From Sphingopyxis sp. (lineage in GTDB: Bacteria > Pseudomonadota > Alphaproteobacteria > Sphingomonadales > Sphingomonadaceae): a stretch of 64,000 bases of DNA. Where the stretch lies: NCBI RefSeq assembly GCF_050725615.1, contig NZ_JBOHHU010000004.1:17096-81095 (forward strand), read 5' to 3'. Below the pieces are notes generated by a model that saw only the letters and a program-made list of their open reading frames with translations, was not told the DNA's origin and searched no databases. Each line of letters starts with the position of its first letter. The first letter of the stretch is position 1. This document shows positions 55,869 through 64,000 of this stretch, in pieces. The translations under genes were made by a program, and so were the position numbers.

Positions 55869-57170
55869 ATGAACGAAGCTTTGACCCCGAAGGCGATCGT
55901 CGCCGCCCTCGACACGCATATCATCGGCCAGGCCGCCGCCAAGCGCGCGGTCGCAGTGGCGATGCGCAACCGCTGGCGCCGCCAGCAGCTCGGCTCCGAC
56001 CTCCGCGACGAGGTGAGCCCCAAGAATATCCTGATGATCGGCCCCACCGGCTGCGGCAAGACCGAAATTTCGCGGCGGCTGGCAAAACTCGCCGATGCGC
56101 CCTTCATCAAGGTCGAGGCGACGAAGTTCACCGAGGTCGGCTATGTCGGTCGCGACGTCGAGCAAATCGCGCGCGACCTGATCGAGGAAGCCGTGCGGCT
56201 CGAAAAGGATCGCCGCCGCGAGGCGGTGCGCGCCGCCGCCGAAGAGGCCGCGATGGAGCGGCTGCTCGACGCGCTGACCGGCAAGGGCGCCAGCGAGGCG
56301 ACACGCCAGAGTTTCCGCCAGCGCATCCGTGAGGGCCATCTCGACGACAGCGAGGTCGAGATCGAGGTCGCCGACGCGCCGGCCATGAACTTCGACCTCC
56401 CCGGCCAGCCGGGTCAGATGAGCATGATCAACCTGTCCGAAATGCTCGGCAAGGCGATGGGCGGCCCGCCCAAGAAGCGCCGCAAGCTGAAGGTCATCGA
56501 GGCCGCGACGCGGCTGATCGAGGAGGAGCAGGACAAGCGCCTCGACCAGGACGATGTCGCGCGGATCGCGCTCGCCGATGCCGAGGCCAATGGCATCGTC
56601 TTCCTCGACGAGATCGACAAGATCGCGGTCAGCGACGTGCGCGGCGGTTCGGTGAGCCGCGAAGGCGTCCAGCGCGACCTGCTGCCGCTGATCGAGGGCA
56701 CGACGGTCGCGACCAAATATGGCCCGATGAAGACCGACCATATCCTGTTCATCGCCAGTGGCGCCTTCCATGTCGCGAAGCCGAGCGACCTGCTCCCCGA
56801 ACTGCAGGGCCGCCTGCCGATCCGCGTCGAACTCAGCGCGCTCAGCGAAGAGGATTTCGTCCGCATCCTGACCGAAACCAAGGCGGGATTGCCCGAGCAA
56901 TATTCGGCGCTGATCGCGACCGAGGGTGTGACCCTGAACTTCACCCCCGACGCGATCTCGCGCGTGGCGAAGCTCGCTGCGGAGGTCAACGAACGCGTCG
57001 AGAATATCGGGGCGCGTCGGTTGCAGACGATCATGGAACGGCTGGTCGAAGAGATCAGTTTCACCGCCGAGGATCGCGGCGGAACGACGGTGGACATCGA
57101 CGCCGCCTATGTCGACAGCCAGCTGTCGGACATCGTCGGCGACACCGACCTCAGCAAATATGTGCTCTGA
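55869..57170 (+). CDS. hslU: ATP-dependent protease ATPase subunit HslU
   Basis: [46 protein letters not shown]. Confidence 0.97.
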   Translation: MNEALTPKAIVAALDTHIIGQAAAKRAVAVAMRNRWRRQQLGSDLRDEVSPKNILMIGPTGCGKTEISRRLAKLADAPFIKVEATKFTEVGYVGRDVEQIARDLIEEAVRLEKDRRREAVRAAAEEAAMERLLDALTGKGASEATRQSFRQRIREGHLDDSEVEIEVADAPAMNFDLPGQPGQMSMINLSEMLGKAMGGPPKKRRKLKVIEAATRLIEEEQDKRLDQDDVARIALADAEANGIVFLDEIDKIAVSDVRGGSVSREGVQRDLLPLIEGTTVATKYGPMKTDHILFIASGAFHVAKPSDLLPELQGRLPIRVELSALSEEDFVRILTETKAGLPEQYSALIATEGVTLNFTPDAISRVAKLAAEVNERVENIGARRLQTIMERLVEEISFTAEDRGGTTVDIDAAYVDSQLSDIVGDTDLSKYVL

Positions 57171-57312
57171 TCGCGTGGGACGCAGACGAGCGTAATTCCC
57201 GTCCTTTTCAGCCGTTCATTTACCGAACTTCATTTGACTTTGCCGCGCGGTCGGTGCGATGAACGGCGCGCGCGGTCGACACGGGTTGCAAACGGCCGGC
57301 ACGGAGATTTTG

Positions 57313-58167
57313 ATGGCAGACGAGGAGGCCCCCGAGCAGGGCGAGCTGGCGATTACGCGTACCGGGGACCGGCTGCGGCTGGCCCGCGAAGCCGTCGGGC
57401 TGTCGCTCGCCGATGTCGCGACGCGCACGCGTATCACCCAGCGCCACCTCGAAGCGATCGAGAAGTCGGACTTTTCGGAACTGCCGGGCCGCACCTATGT
57501 GACGGGATTTGCGCGCGCCTATGCCCGCGCCGTCGATCTGCCCGAGGCCGAAATCGGCGCCTCGATCCGCCGCGAGCTCGAAGAAGACGCTTATGGTTCA
57601 CGCCCGCTGTACGAGGCCTATGAACCGACCGATCCGGCGCGCCTGCCGACGGCGCGCATGGCCTGGACGCTGGTCATCGTCGCGCTGCTGCTCGGCTCGG
57701 CCTATGGCATCTGGCGCTTCCTGTCGGTCGAACCCGATGAAGCTCTGATCGCGGCACAGAACCAGGCGGCGGAAAATTCCGAGGCGCCGGCGACCGAACC
57801 GGGAACCGCCCCCGTGACAAAGGCCGCAGCGCCCGGCCAGGCGATTCCCGCCGACGCTCCCGTGGTGCTCACCGGCCTTTCGGAAGTGTGGATCGGCTTC
57901 GACGACGCGACCGGTAAGACCGAAAACTGGCGCACCCTCGACGCGGGCGAAACCTATGAGGTGCCGGCGGACTATATCCAGCAATTCACACTGCGCACCA
58001 GCATTCCGCAGGCGCTGAAGGTCACCGTCGGTGGCCGCGATATCGGTGCGGTCGGCCCCGCTGACACGCTGGTCAAGAATATCTCGCTCAAACCCGCCGA
58101 TCTGGTCGCGCGGGCCGAGGGTGCGGGAGCGGCGCAGACCATCCCGCCGGCGACGACGAAGCGCTGA
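57313..58167 (+). CDS. rodZ: RodZ-like HTH membrane protein
   Basis: N-terminal HTH (G.RL..ARE..GLSL..V..TRI..GF.R.YA), one TM, periplasmic C-domain; start at 57313. Confidence 0.78.
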   Translation: MADEEAPEQGELAITRTGDRLRLAREAVGLSLADVATRTRITQRHLEAIEKSDFSELPGRTYVTGFARAYARAVDLPEAEIGASIRRELEEDAYGSRPLYEAYEPTDPARLPTARMAWTLVIVALLLGSAYGIWRFLSVEPDEALIAAQNQAAENSEAPATEPGTAPVTKAAAPGQAIPADAPVVLTGLSEVWIGFDDATGKTENWRTLDAGETYEVPADYIQQFTLRTSIPQALKVTVGGRDIGAVGPADTLVKNISLKPADLVARAEGAGAAQTIPPATTKR

Positions 58168-58284
58168 TCGCAACCCGGGCCGCCGGGCCTAGAGGTCGCT
58201 GCGCCGAATTGAGTTTGCGCAAGCGGGCGTTGGCGCGTTATGAACCGATGAATGGTTAATCGGGTGTGGGAGCCGAAAAGGCAG

Positions 58285-59250
58285 ATGACGATGCGTAACT
58301 ATTTTCTGGGGACTGCGGCTGCCGCGTTGCTGGTTTCGGTTCCGGGGGGGGCTCAGGCGCAGGATGATGCGATCGGCAAGCGCGTCGACCGGCTCGAAAA
58401 GGAAATGCGCGCGGTGCAGCGCTCGGTGTTCCCGGGCGGCAGCCCCGCCTTTTTCGAAGGCGAGATCGCACCCGACAATGTCGCCGGCGATCGCGTCAAA
58501 AGCAGCGCGCCGGTGATCGACCTGACGGCGCGTGTCGACGCGCTGGAAAACCAGTTGCAGACGCTGACCGGCCAGACCGAGCAGAACAGCTTCCAGCTGC
58601 GCGAACTCGAAAAGCAGTTCACCGCCTATAAGGCCGAGATGGAAAAGCGTCTTGCGCCGCCGCCGGCAGTCGAGACGACCCCGGCCAGCCTTCCGGTCAC
58701 CACGGCAGTCGTCAAACCGCCGGTCACGACCGCCGCGTCGACGACCAAGCCCGCGACGGCTGCGGCCGCCCCGGCCAAGAAGCCCGCCGCAACCCCGGCG
58801 GCGCCTGCGGCGAGCGCTGCCCGGCTGGCGCTGGTGAAGAAGGTCGAGATTCCCGCGACCGGAAACGAAACCGACGACGCCTATAATTATGGCTATCGCC
58901 TGTGGGAGGCGAAACTCTATCCCGAGGCGCAGACGCAGTTGAAAGACGTCGTTGCCAAATGGCCGCAACATCGGCTCGCCAGCTTCGCGCAGAATCTGCT
59001 CGGCCGCTCCTATCTCGACGAAGGCAAGCCGAGCCTCGCGGCGGTCGCTTTCTATAATAATTACAAGGATCGGCCGAGTGGCGCACGCGCGCCGCACAGC
59101 CTGATGTTCATGGGGGTCGCGCTCGACAAGCTGGGCCGCAAGGCAGACGCCTGCAAGGCCTTCCGCGAGCTTGAGGAAGTCTATGGCGACAAGGCTCCTC
59201 AGGATGTGCGAACCGATGCTGCCGCCGCAAAAACAAAAGCCGGCTGCTGA
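58285..59250 (+). CDS. ybgF: Tol-Pal-associated coiled-coil/TPR protein (YbgF/CpoB)
   Basis: Signal peptide, coiled coil, Ala/Pro/Thr linker, C-terminal TPR; in the ybgF-tilS-ftsH order. Confidence 0.82.
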   Translation: MTMRNYFLGTAAAALLVSVPGGAQAQDDAIGKRVDRLEKEMRAVQRSVFPGGSPAFFEGEIAPDNVAGDRVKSSAPVIDLTARVDALENQLQTLTGQTEQNSFQLRELEKQFTAYKAEMEKRLAPPPAVETTPASLPVTTAVVKPPVTTAASTTKPATAAAAPAKKPAATPAAPAASAARLALVKKVEIPATGNETDDAYNYGYRLWEAKLYPEAQTQLKDVVAKWPQHRLASFAQNLLGRSYLDEGKPSLAAVAFYNNYKDRPSGARAPHSLMFMGVALDKLGRKADACKAFRELEEVYGDKAPQDVRTDAAAAKTKAGC

Positions 59251-60208
59251 AACCGACGCCGTTTATCGGCTCGGACGACAGCTGGAGACGCTGGCCGGTC
59301 CCGACTGGCAGCGGCTGAGCTATGGCGTCGCGGTCTCGGGCGGCCCCGACAGCATGGCGCTGCTGTGGCTGATGGTGACGCTGCTCCCCGGACAAGTCCG
59401 CGCCGCGACGGTCGATCACGGGCTGCGGCAGGGATCGGCCGAGGAAGCCCGGATGGTGGCGGGTTTCTGCGAGCGCGACCATATTCCCCACGCCATCCTC
59501 TGCCCCCCGACGCCGATCCGCGGGTCGTTTCAGGCCGCCGCACGCGCCGAACGCTATCGGTTGCTCGACCAATGGCGCGAGGCGCACGCGCTCGACCATA
59601 TCGTCACCGCACATCATGCCGACGACCAGCTGGAAACGCTGATCATGCGGATCAACCGGAGCAGCGGGGTCGGCGGGCTGGCCGCGATCCGCGCGCGCAA
59701 CGGCCATGTGCTGCGCCCGCTCCTCGGCTGGCGCCGCGCCAATCTTGTCGCGCTGGCGCTCGAGGTCGACCTGCCCTTTGTCGATGATCCGTCGAACGCC
59801 GACGTCCGTTTCGATCGCGCGCGGCTGCGCAAGGAATTGCGGTCGCAGAATTTCCTCGATGCCGAGGCGGCGGCGCGCTCGGCAGGGTGGCTTGCCGATG
59901 CCGATGCGGCGCTCGACTGGACCGTCGATCAGCTGGTCGCGCGCTGGCCCGACGCCGACGACGCGGGCGTGATCCGCGATGCCGGCTATCCGGCGGAGAT
60001 TTTCCGCCGCGTCGTGGCCCGGCGATTATGCGCCTTTGATCCGCGCCTCACCCTGCGCGGGGTGACGCTCGACGGGGTGATCGCGGCGATGGCCGATGGA
60101 CGCCGCGCGATGGTCGGGAGCCTGCTCATCGACCGGATCGGGGGTGCCGACGAGCATTTCTGGCGCATTTCGGTGGCGCCCCGGCGAAAAGCGCGCCGTT
60201 CGCGCTGA
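59216..60208 (+). CDS. tilS: tRNA(Ile)-lysidine synthetase
   Basis: VAVSGGPDS, DHGLR, TAHHADDQLET, RPLL, DPSN; start uncertain (59204 or 59216). Confidence 0.92.
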   Translation: MLPPQKQKPAAETDAVYRLGRQLETLAGPDWQRLSYGVAVSGGPDSMALLWLMVTLLPGQVRAATVDHGLRQGSAEEARMVAGFCERDHIPHAILCPPTPIRGSFQAAARAERYRLLDQWREAHALDHIVTAHHADDQLETLIMRINRSSGVGGLAAIRARNGHVLRPLLGWRRANLVALALEVDLPFVDDPSNADVRFDRARLRKELRSQNFLDAEAAARSAGWLADADAALDWTVDQLVARWPDADDAGVIRDAGYPAEIFRRVVARRLCAFDPRLTLRGVTLDGVIAAMADGRRAMVGSLLIDRIGGADEHFWRISVAPRRKARRSR

Positions 60209-60215
60209 TCTGCTC

Positions 60216-60243
60216 ATTGTCATTTAACGCGAAGGGCCTATCT
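60216..60243 (+). promoter_or_regulatory. Putative sigma32 (RpoH) promoter of ftsH
   Basis: ATTG-N17-CCTATCT between tilS and ftsH. Confidence 0.6.
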
Positions 60244-60289
60244 TGGTAACCGGGCTGCTCTCCGGCCCGGCAAGGTGGAATCGATCGAA

Positions 60290-62233
60290 ATGCAGGACGA
60301 CAAGGAACCGCAGGGCAACCCCTGGATGAAGAGCGTGATGATCTGGAGCGGCATTTTGCTCGCCATGCTCCTCGTCGCCTCGATGTTCGGCGGCGCCACG
60401 CAGCCCGCGGGCAATCCGTTGACCTATTCGGAATTCCGCCAGAAAATCCAGGATGGCAGCGTCAAGGACGTCGTGCTGACCGAGGAGCGCGCGACGGGCA
60501 CGCTGTCGAACGGCGACCGGTTCAGCGCGAACCTGATCCGCGATCCCGAACTGCTAAAGCTGCTCAACGACAACAATGTCAAATATGACGGCAAGCCGAC
60601 CGAAACCGGCAATATCTGGATCTATCTGCTGATCCAGTCCCTGCCCTTCCTGTTGATCCTCGGCATCGCCTTTTTCGTCTTCCGCCAGGTCCAGAAGAAC
60701 AATGGTTCGGGCGCGATGGGCTTTGGCAAGTCGCGCGCGAAGATGCTGACCGAGAAGCAGGGCCGCGTGACCTTCGACGATGTCGCGGGCATCGACGAGG
60801 CGCGTGAGGAGCTCGAGGAGATCGTCGAATTCCTCCGCGATCCCACCAAATTCTCCAAGCTCGGTGGCCAGATTCCCAAGGGCGCACTGCTCGTCGGCTC
60901 GCCCGGCACCGGCAAGACCCTGCTCGCCCGCGCGATCGCGGGGGAGGCGGGCGTGCCCTTCTTCACCATTTCGGGTTCGGACTTCGTCGAGATGTTCGTC
61001 GGTGTCGGCGCCAGCCGCGTCCGCGACATGTTCGAACAGGCGAAGCGCAATGCGCCCTGCATCGTCTTCATCGACGAAATCGACGCCGTGGGCCGCCATC
61101 GCGGCGCGGGCCTCGGCAATGGCAATGACGAGCGCGAACAGACGCTGAACCAGCTGCTCGTCGAAATGGACGGCTTCGAGGCGAACGAGGGCATCATCAT
61201 CGTCGCCGCGACCAACCGTCCCGACGTGCTCGACCCCGCCCTGTTGCGTCCGGGCCGCTTCGACCGCCAGGTCGTCGTGCCGCGCCCCGACATCGAAGGG
61301 CGCCAGAAGATCCTCGAGGTTCACACCCGCAAGAAGCCGCTCGCGCCCGACGTCGACCTGCGCCGGATCGCGCGCGGCACGCCGGGCTTCTCGGGCGCCG
61401 ACCTCGCCAATCTGTGCAACGAAGCGGCGCTGCTCGCGGCCCGCAAGGGCAAGCGCCTGATCGCCAGCGGCGAGTTCGAGGAAGCCAAGGACAAGGTGAT
61501 GATGGGCGCCGAGCGGCGTTCGATGGTGATGACCGAGGACGAGAAGAAATCGACCGCCTATCACGAAGCCGGGCACGCCCTCGTCTCGCTGCACGTCGAA
61601 GGCTGCGATCCGCTGCACAAGGTTACCATCATTCCGCGCGGCCGTGCGCTGGGCGTGACGTGGAACCTGCCCGAACGCGATCGTTATTCGACCAACATGA
61701 AGCAGATGAAGGCGCGTCTCGCGCTCTGCTTTGGCGGCCGCATTGCCGAACAGCTGATCTATGGCACCGACGAGCTCAACACCGGCGCGTCGAACGATAT
61801 CCAGCAGGCGACCGACATGGCGCGCTCGATGGTCATGGAATATGGCATGTCCGAAAAGCTCGGCTGGCTGCGCTATCGCGACAACCAGGACGAGGTTTTC
61901 CTGGGCCATAGCGTGTCGCGGGCGCAGAATATGTCCGAAGACACCGCCCGCCTGATCGACGCCGAAGTGCGCCGGCTGGTCGAGGAAGGCGAAGGGGTCG
62001 CGCGCAAGGTGCTGACCGACAATATCGACGAACTTCACCTGCTCGCCGCCGCGCTGCTCGAATATGAGACGCTGTCGGGCGAGGAATCGAAGCGCGCGAT
62101 CAAGGGCGAGGATATCGGCCGCGAGGACGATGCGGGCCAGCATGGCACCGCCGTGTCGGGCCACGCCGGCTCGCTCCCGCAGATCAAGCGCAAGCCGCGT
62201 CCGTTCGGCGATATCAATCCGCAGGGTGCATAG
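60290..62233 (+). CDS. ftsH: ATP-dependent zinc metalloprotease FtsH
   Basis: Two TMs, [18 protein letters not shown] motif, HEAGH. Confidence 0.97.
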   Translation: MQDDKEPQGNPWMKSVMIWSGILLAMLLVASMFGGATQPAGNPLTYSEFRQKIQDGSVKDVVLTEERATGTLSNGDRFSANLIRDPELLKLLNDNNVKYDGKPTETGNIWIYLLIQSLPFLLILGIAFFVFRQVQKNNGSGAMGFGKSRAKMLTEKQGRVTFDDVAGIDEAREELEEIVEFLRDPTKFSKLGGQIPKGALLVGSPGTGKTLLARAIAGEAGVPFFTISGSDFVEMFVGVGASRVRDMFEQAKRNAPCIVFIDEIDAVGRHRGAGLGNGNDEREQTLNQLLVEMDGFEANEGIIIVAATNRPDVLDPALLRPGRFDRQVVVPRPDIEGRQKILEVHTRKKPLAPDVDLRRIARGTPGFSGADLANLCNEAALLAARKGKRLIASGEFEEAKDKVMMGAERRSMVMTEDEKKSTAYHEAGHALVSLHVEGCDPLHKVTIIPRGRALGVTWNLPERDRYSTNMKQMKARLALCFGGRIAEQLIYGTDELNTGASNDIQQATDMARSMVMEYGMSEKLGWLRYRDNQDEVFLGHSVSRAQNMSEDTARLIDAEVRRLVEEGEGVARKVLTDNIDELHLLAAALLEYETLSGEESKRAIKGEDIGREDDAGQHGTAVSGHAGSLPQIKRKPRPFGDINPQGA

Positions 62234-62257
62234 GGTCGCGTCGGTGGGGGTTTCGCA

Positions 62258-62749
62258 ATGAAGCGCAAGAAATTCCGCCTGCCGCGGTTCGGCCTCGGCG
62301 TTGCCGCGATGTTTGCCCTGGCCAGCCCCGTGCAAGCGTTCCAGCGCGTCGAGTTCAGCCAGAATGTCGAGGTAGAGACGGTCGTCACCGGCGCCGAGGG
62401 CCAGCGCAAGATCAGCTTTGCGGCGCCCGAGACGGTCGTTCCCGGCGACCGGTTGCGCTTCACGCTGCAGCTCGATAATCGCACCAGCGAATCTGCGGCG
62501 GGCCTCAAATTCGTCAACCCGATCCCGCCCGAGGTGCGCTTCGCCAGCACCGACGATCTGGCCGGTTTCTCGATCTCGGTCGATGGCGGCAAAACCTATG
62601 GCAATCTGGCTGAGCTGACGGTTCCGGTGGCGGGCGCGGGCCCACGCGCCGCGGGCGCCGACGATGTGACCCATGTTCAATGGGTCCTTCCCGAACCCCT
62701 CGCCGCAGGCGCGGTCAAGAAGGTGACCTTCTTTGGCATCGTCCGCTAG
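62258..62749 (+). CDS. Secreted DUF11-like (conserved repeat domain) protein
   Basis: Signal peptide, VVPGD.L.F, NPIP, SVDGGKTYG, VTHVQW. Confidence 0.65.
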   Translation: MKRKKFRLPRFGLGVAAMFALASPVQAFQRVEFSQNVEVETVVTGAEGQRKISFAAPETVVPGDRLRFTLQLDNRTSESAAGLKFVNPIPPEVRFASTDDLAGFSISVDGGKTYGNLAELTVPVAGAGPRAAGADDVTHVQWVLPEPLAAGAVKKVTFFGIVR

Positions 62750-62758
62750 GAAGCGGCG

Positions 62759-63364
62759 ATGACGATTTATTGCGATGAATCGGGCGGGCTCAATGCCGGT
62801 GCGATGACCTTTGCGGCAGTGATGCTGACGCCGCAGGCCGCCGCCGACCTTCATGCGCGGTTTCGCGCCGTCACCGGATTGCGCGGCGAGCTCAAGGGCA
62901 GCCGTATCTCGGTCGTCGAACGCGCCTATCTGCTCGAACTGTTCGACCGCGCCGGCGGCCGCGCCTGGGTCGCGGTGTCACAGCGCGACACGCTTGCGAC
63001 CAATGCCGACGGCAGCTTGCCGAGCGACCTCGCCCTCTATGGCGCGTTGCTCAATTCGGCGGTCGGCCACTGGCTTCCCGAAACCGGCGGCGTGTGCACC
63101 GACGTGGTGATCGACGACGGCCGCTACGACCCCAAGATCCTGTCGCATGTGCGCGAGGAAATCCAGGCCGGCCTCGGCCAATGGGGCCGCGCCTCGCTGG
63201 CCGACAGCAAGCGCAGCGACGGCGTCCAGATCGCCGACGTGATCGCCAACAGCCTGTTCAACATGGCGGTCAAATCCCCGCGGGCGACGCGGATCGCACG
63301 GATCATCGAGCCGATGCTGGCGTCGAAGGCGATCCGCGTGGCGGAACTGACGCGGGTTTCCTGA
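62759..63364 (+). CDS. DUF3800 domain-containing protein
   Basis: YCDESG N-terminal motif, DDG, DS...GVQIADV. Confidence 0.8.
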   Translation: MTIYCDESGGLNAGAMTFAAVMLTPQAAADLHARFRAVTGLRGELKGSRISVVERAYLLELFDRAGGRAWVAVSQRDTLATNADGSLPSDLALYGALLNSAVGHWLPETGGVCTDVVIDDGRYDPKILSHVREEIQAGLGQWGRASLADSKRSDGVQIADVIANSLFNMAVKSPRATRIARIIEPMLASKAIRVAELTRVS

Positions 63365-63425
63365 GACGGAGCGAGCGGAGGACCAACCGAGTTGCCTGCT
63401 GTCCCGGAATGTGGTTTTTCGACAT

Positions 63426-63950
63426 ATGCAAAAGCGATCTCGACCGAATGGACGCATGCTTGCGCTAGCGGCTGTCACCTTGCTGGCCTTTTTCGCTATG
63501 GGCCCTTTCGACTGGGCAAAGCGCTACTCGAGCTGGAACAATCTGTCGAAGGCCGAACTTGTTGCTTCGGCAAACTGGTACGTGAAAAATCGCGCGCCGG
63601 GGAACGGAGCATGTCTTTATGCGGTCGAATGTAAAAATGGCCGAGCGACACTGAAGTTGGTCAAATCCATCGACAACTGGTCCATTGACGTTCCAAAGCA
63701 AATCGCCTGGGATCGCAAGTTCAATAGCATGTGCGAGGGACAGACCGCCAATTTCGCACTCGAACTGGCTTCCGACCGGCTCGTAGGCTTTGGCGCTTAT
63801 GAGGACAGACGGAGAGCCGTCTGGTCATTTTACAATGACAGATTCGTCCCTGTGCGGAGTCGATCCGACCATAGCGCATTCAGTGAGGGAGTACCTGAGC
63901 CTTGCGTTTCAAAATATGCGGTAACCGGCACCACCCGGACTGGGGTTTGA
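63426..63950 (+). CDS. Hypothetical exported or membrane-anchored protein, low GC
   Basis: Hydrophobic N-terminal segment, 4 Cys; start uncertain (63411, 63426 or 63456). Confidence 0.55.
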   Translation: MQKRSRPNGRMLALAAVTLLAFFAMGPFDWAKRYSSWNNLSKAELVASANWYVKNRAPGNGACLYAVECKNGRATLKLVKSIDNWSIDVPKQIAWDRKFNSMCEGQTANFALELASDRLVGFGAYEDRRRAVWSFYNDRFVPVRSRSDHSAFSEGVPEPCVSKYAVTGTTRTGV

Positions 63951-64000
63951 CCGCTCTCTAGGCCTGATTGCCGGAGTTGGATGGCTTCCACAGGACGGAC

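Noticed and set aside
57175-57220. Possible intrinsic terminator after hslU (GGACG...CGTCC-TTTT)
   Set aside because: Only a 5-bp stem with a long loop; too weak to call.
1-64000. CRISPR arrays, tRNA/rRNA genes, IS elements, prophage or defence genes
   Set aside because: No regularly spaced repeats, tRNA-like cloverleaves, transposase, integrase or phage-like ORFs recognised; nearly all sequence is accounted for by the listed CDSs.

Overview
High-GC alphaproteobacterial chromosome window. Gene content and order look Sphingomonadaceae-like, probably Sphingopyxis; this is inference from recalled homologs, not a search. Left end (1-8.4 kb, minus strand): tamA-tamB, a small lipoprotein, then a yybP-ykoY Mn2+ riboswitch leading a TMEM165/GDT1 exporter and a DmeF-type CDF exporter. 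The riboswitch promoter and 5' strand lie inside the lipoprotein's last codons. Centre (8.5-55.2 kb): a ~47 kb Wzx/Wzy-type surface-polysaccharide locus. It has wza/wzc, a Wzy candidate, a WaaL-like protein, a flippase, 7 glycosyltransferases and a WbpL-type initiator. It encodes pathways for GDP-Fuc, a CDP-6-deoxyhexose, UDP-GalA, UDP-Xyl, UDP-ManNAcA, a 2,3-diacetamido-uronic acid and FucNAc/QuiNAc. Its tailoring kit is unusually dense: an acetamidino cassette with a sulfotransferase nested between hisH and hisF, an AsnB-type amidotransferase, two reciprocally degenerate acyltransferases and three methyltransferases. A SelO AMPylase and a PPP-family phosphatase are also embedded. Right end (55.3-64 kb): hslVU, rodZ-like, ybgF, tilS, ftsH (sigma32-type promoters before hslV and ftsH), a DUF11-like protein, a DUF3800 protein and a low-GC orphan. 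No rRNA, tRNA, CRISPR array, transposase or integrase was seen. The best candidate for an undescribed system is the predicted sulfated, amidinated, amidated and methylated capsule/EPS pathway.
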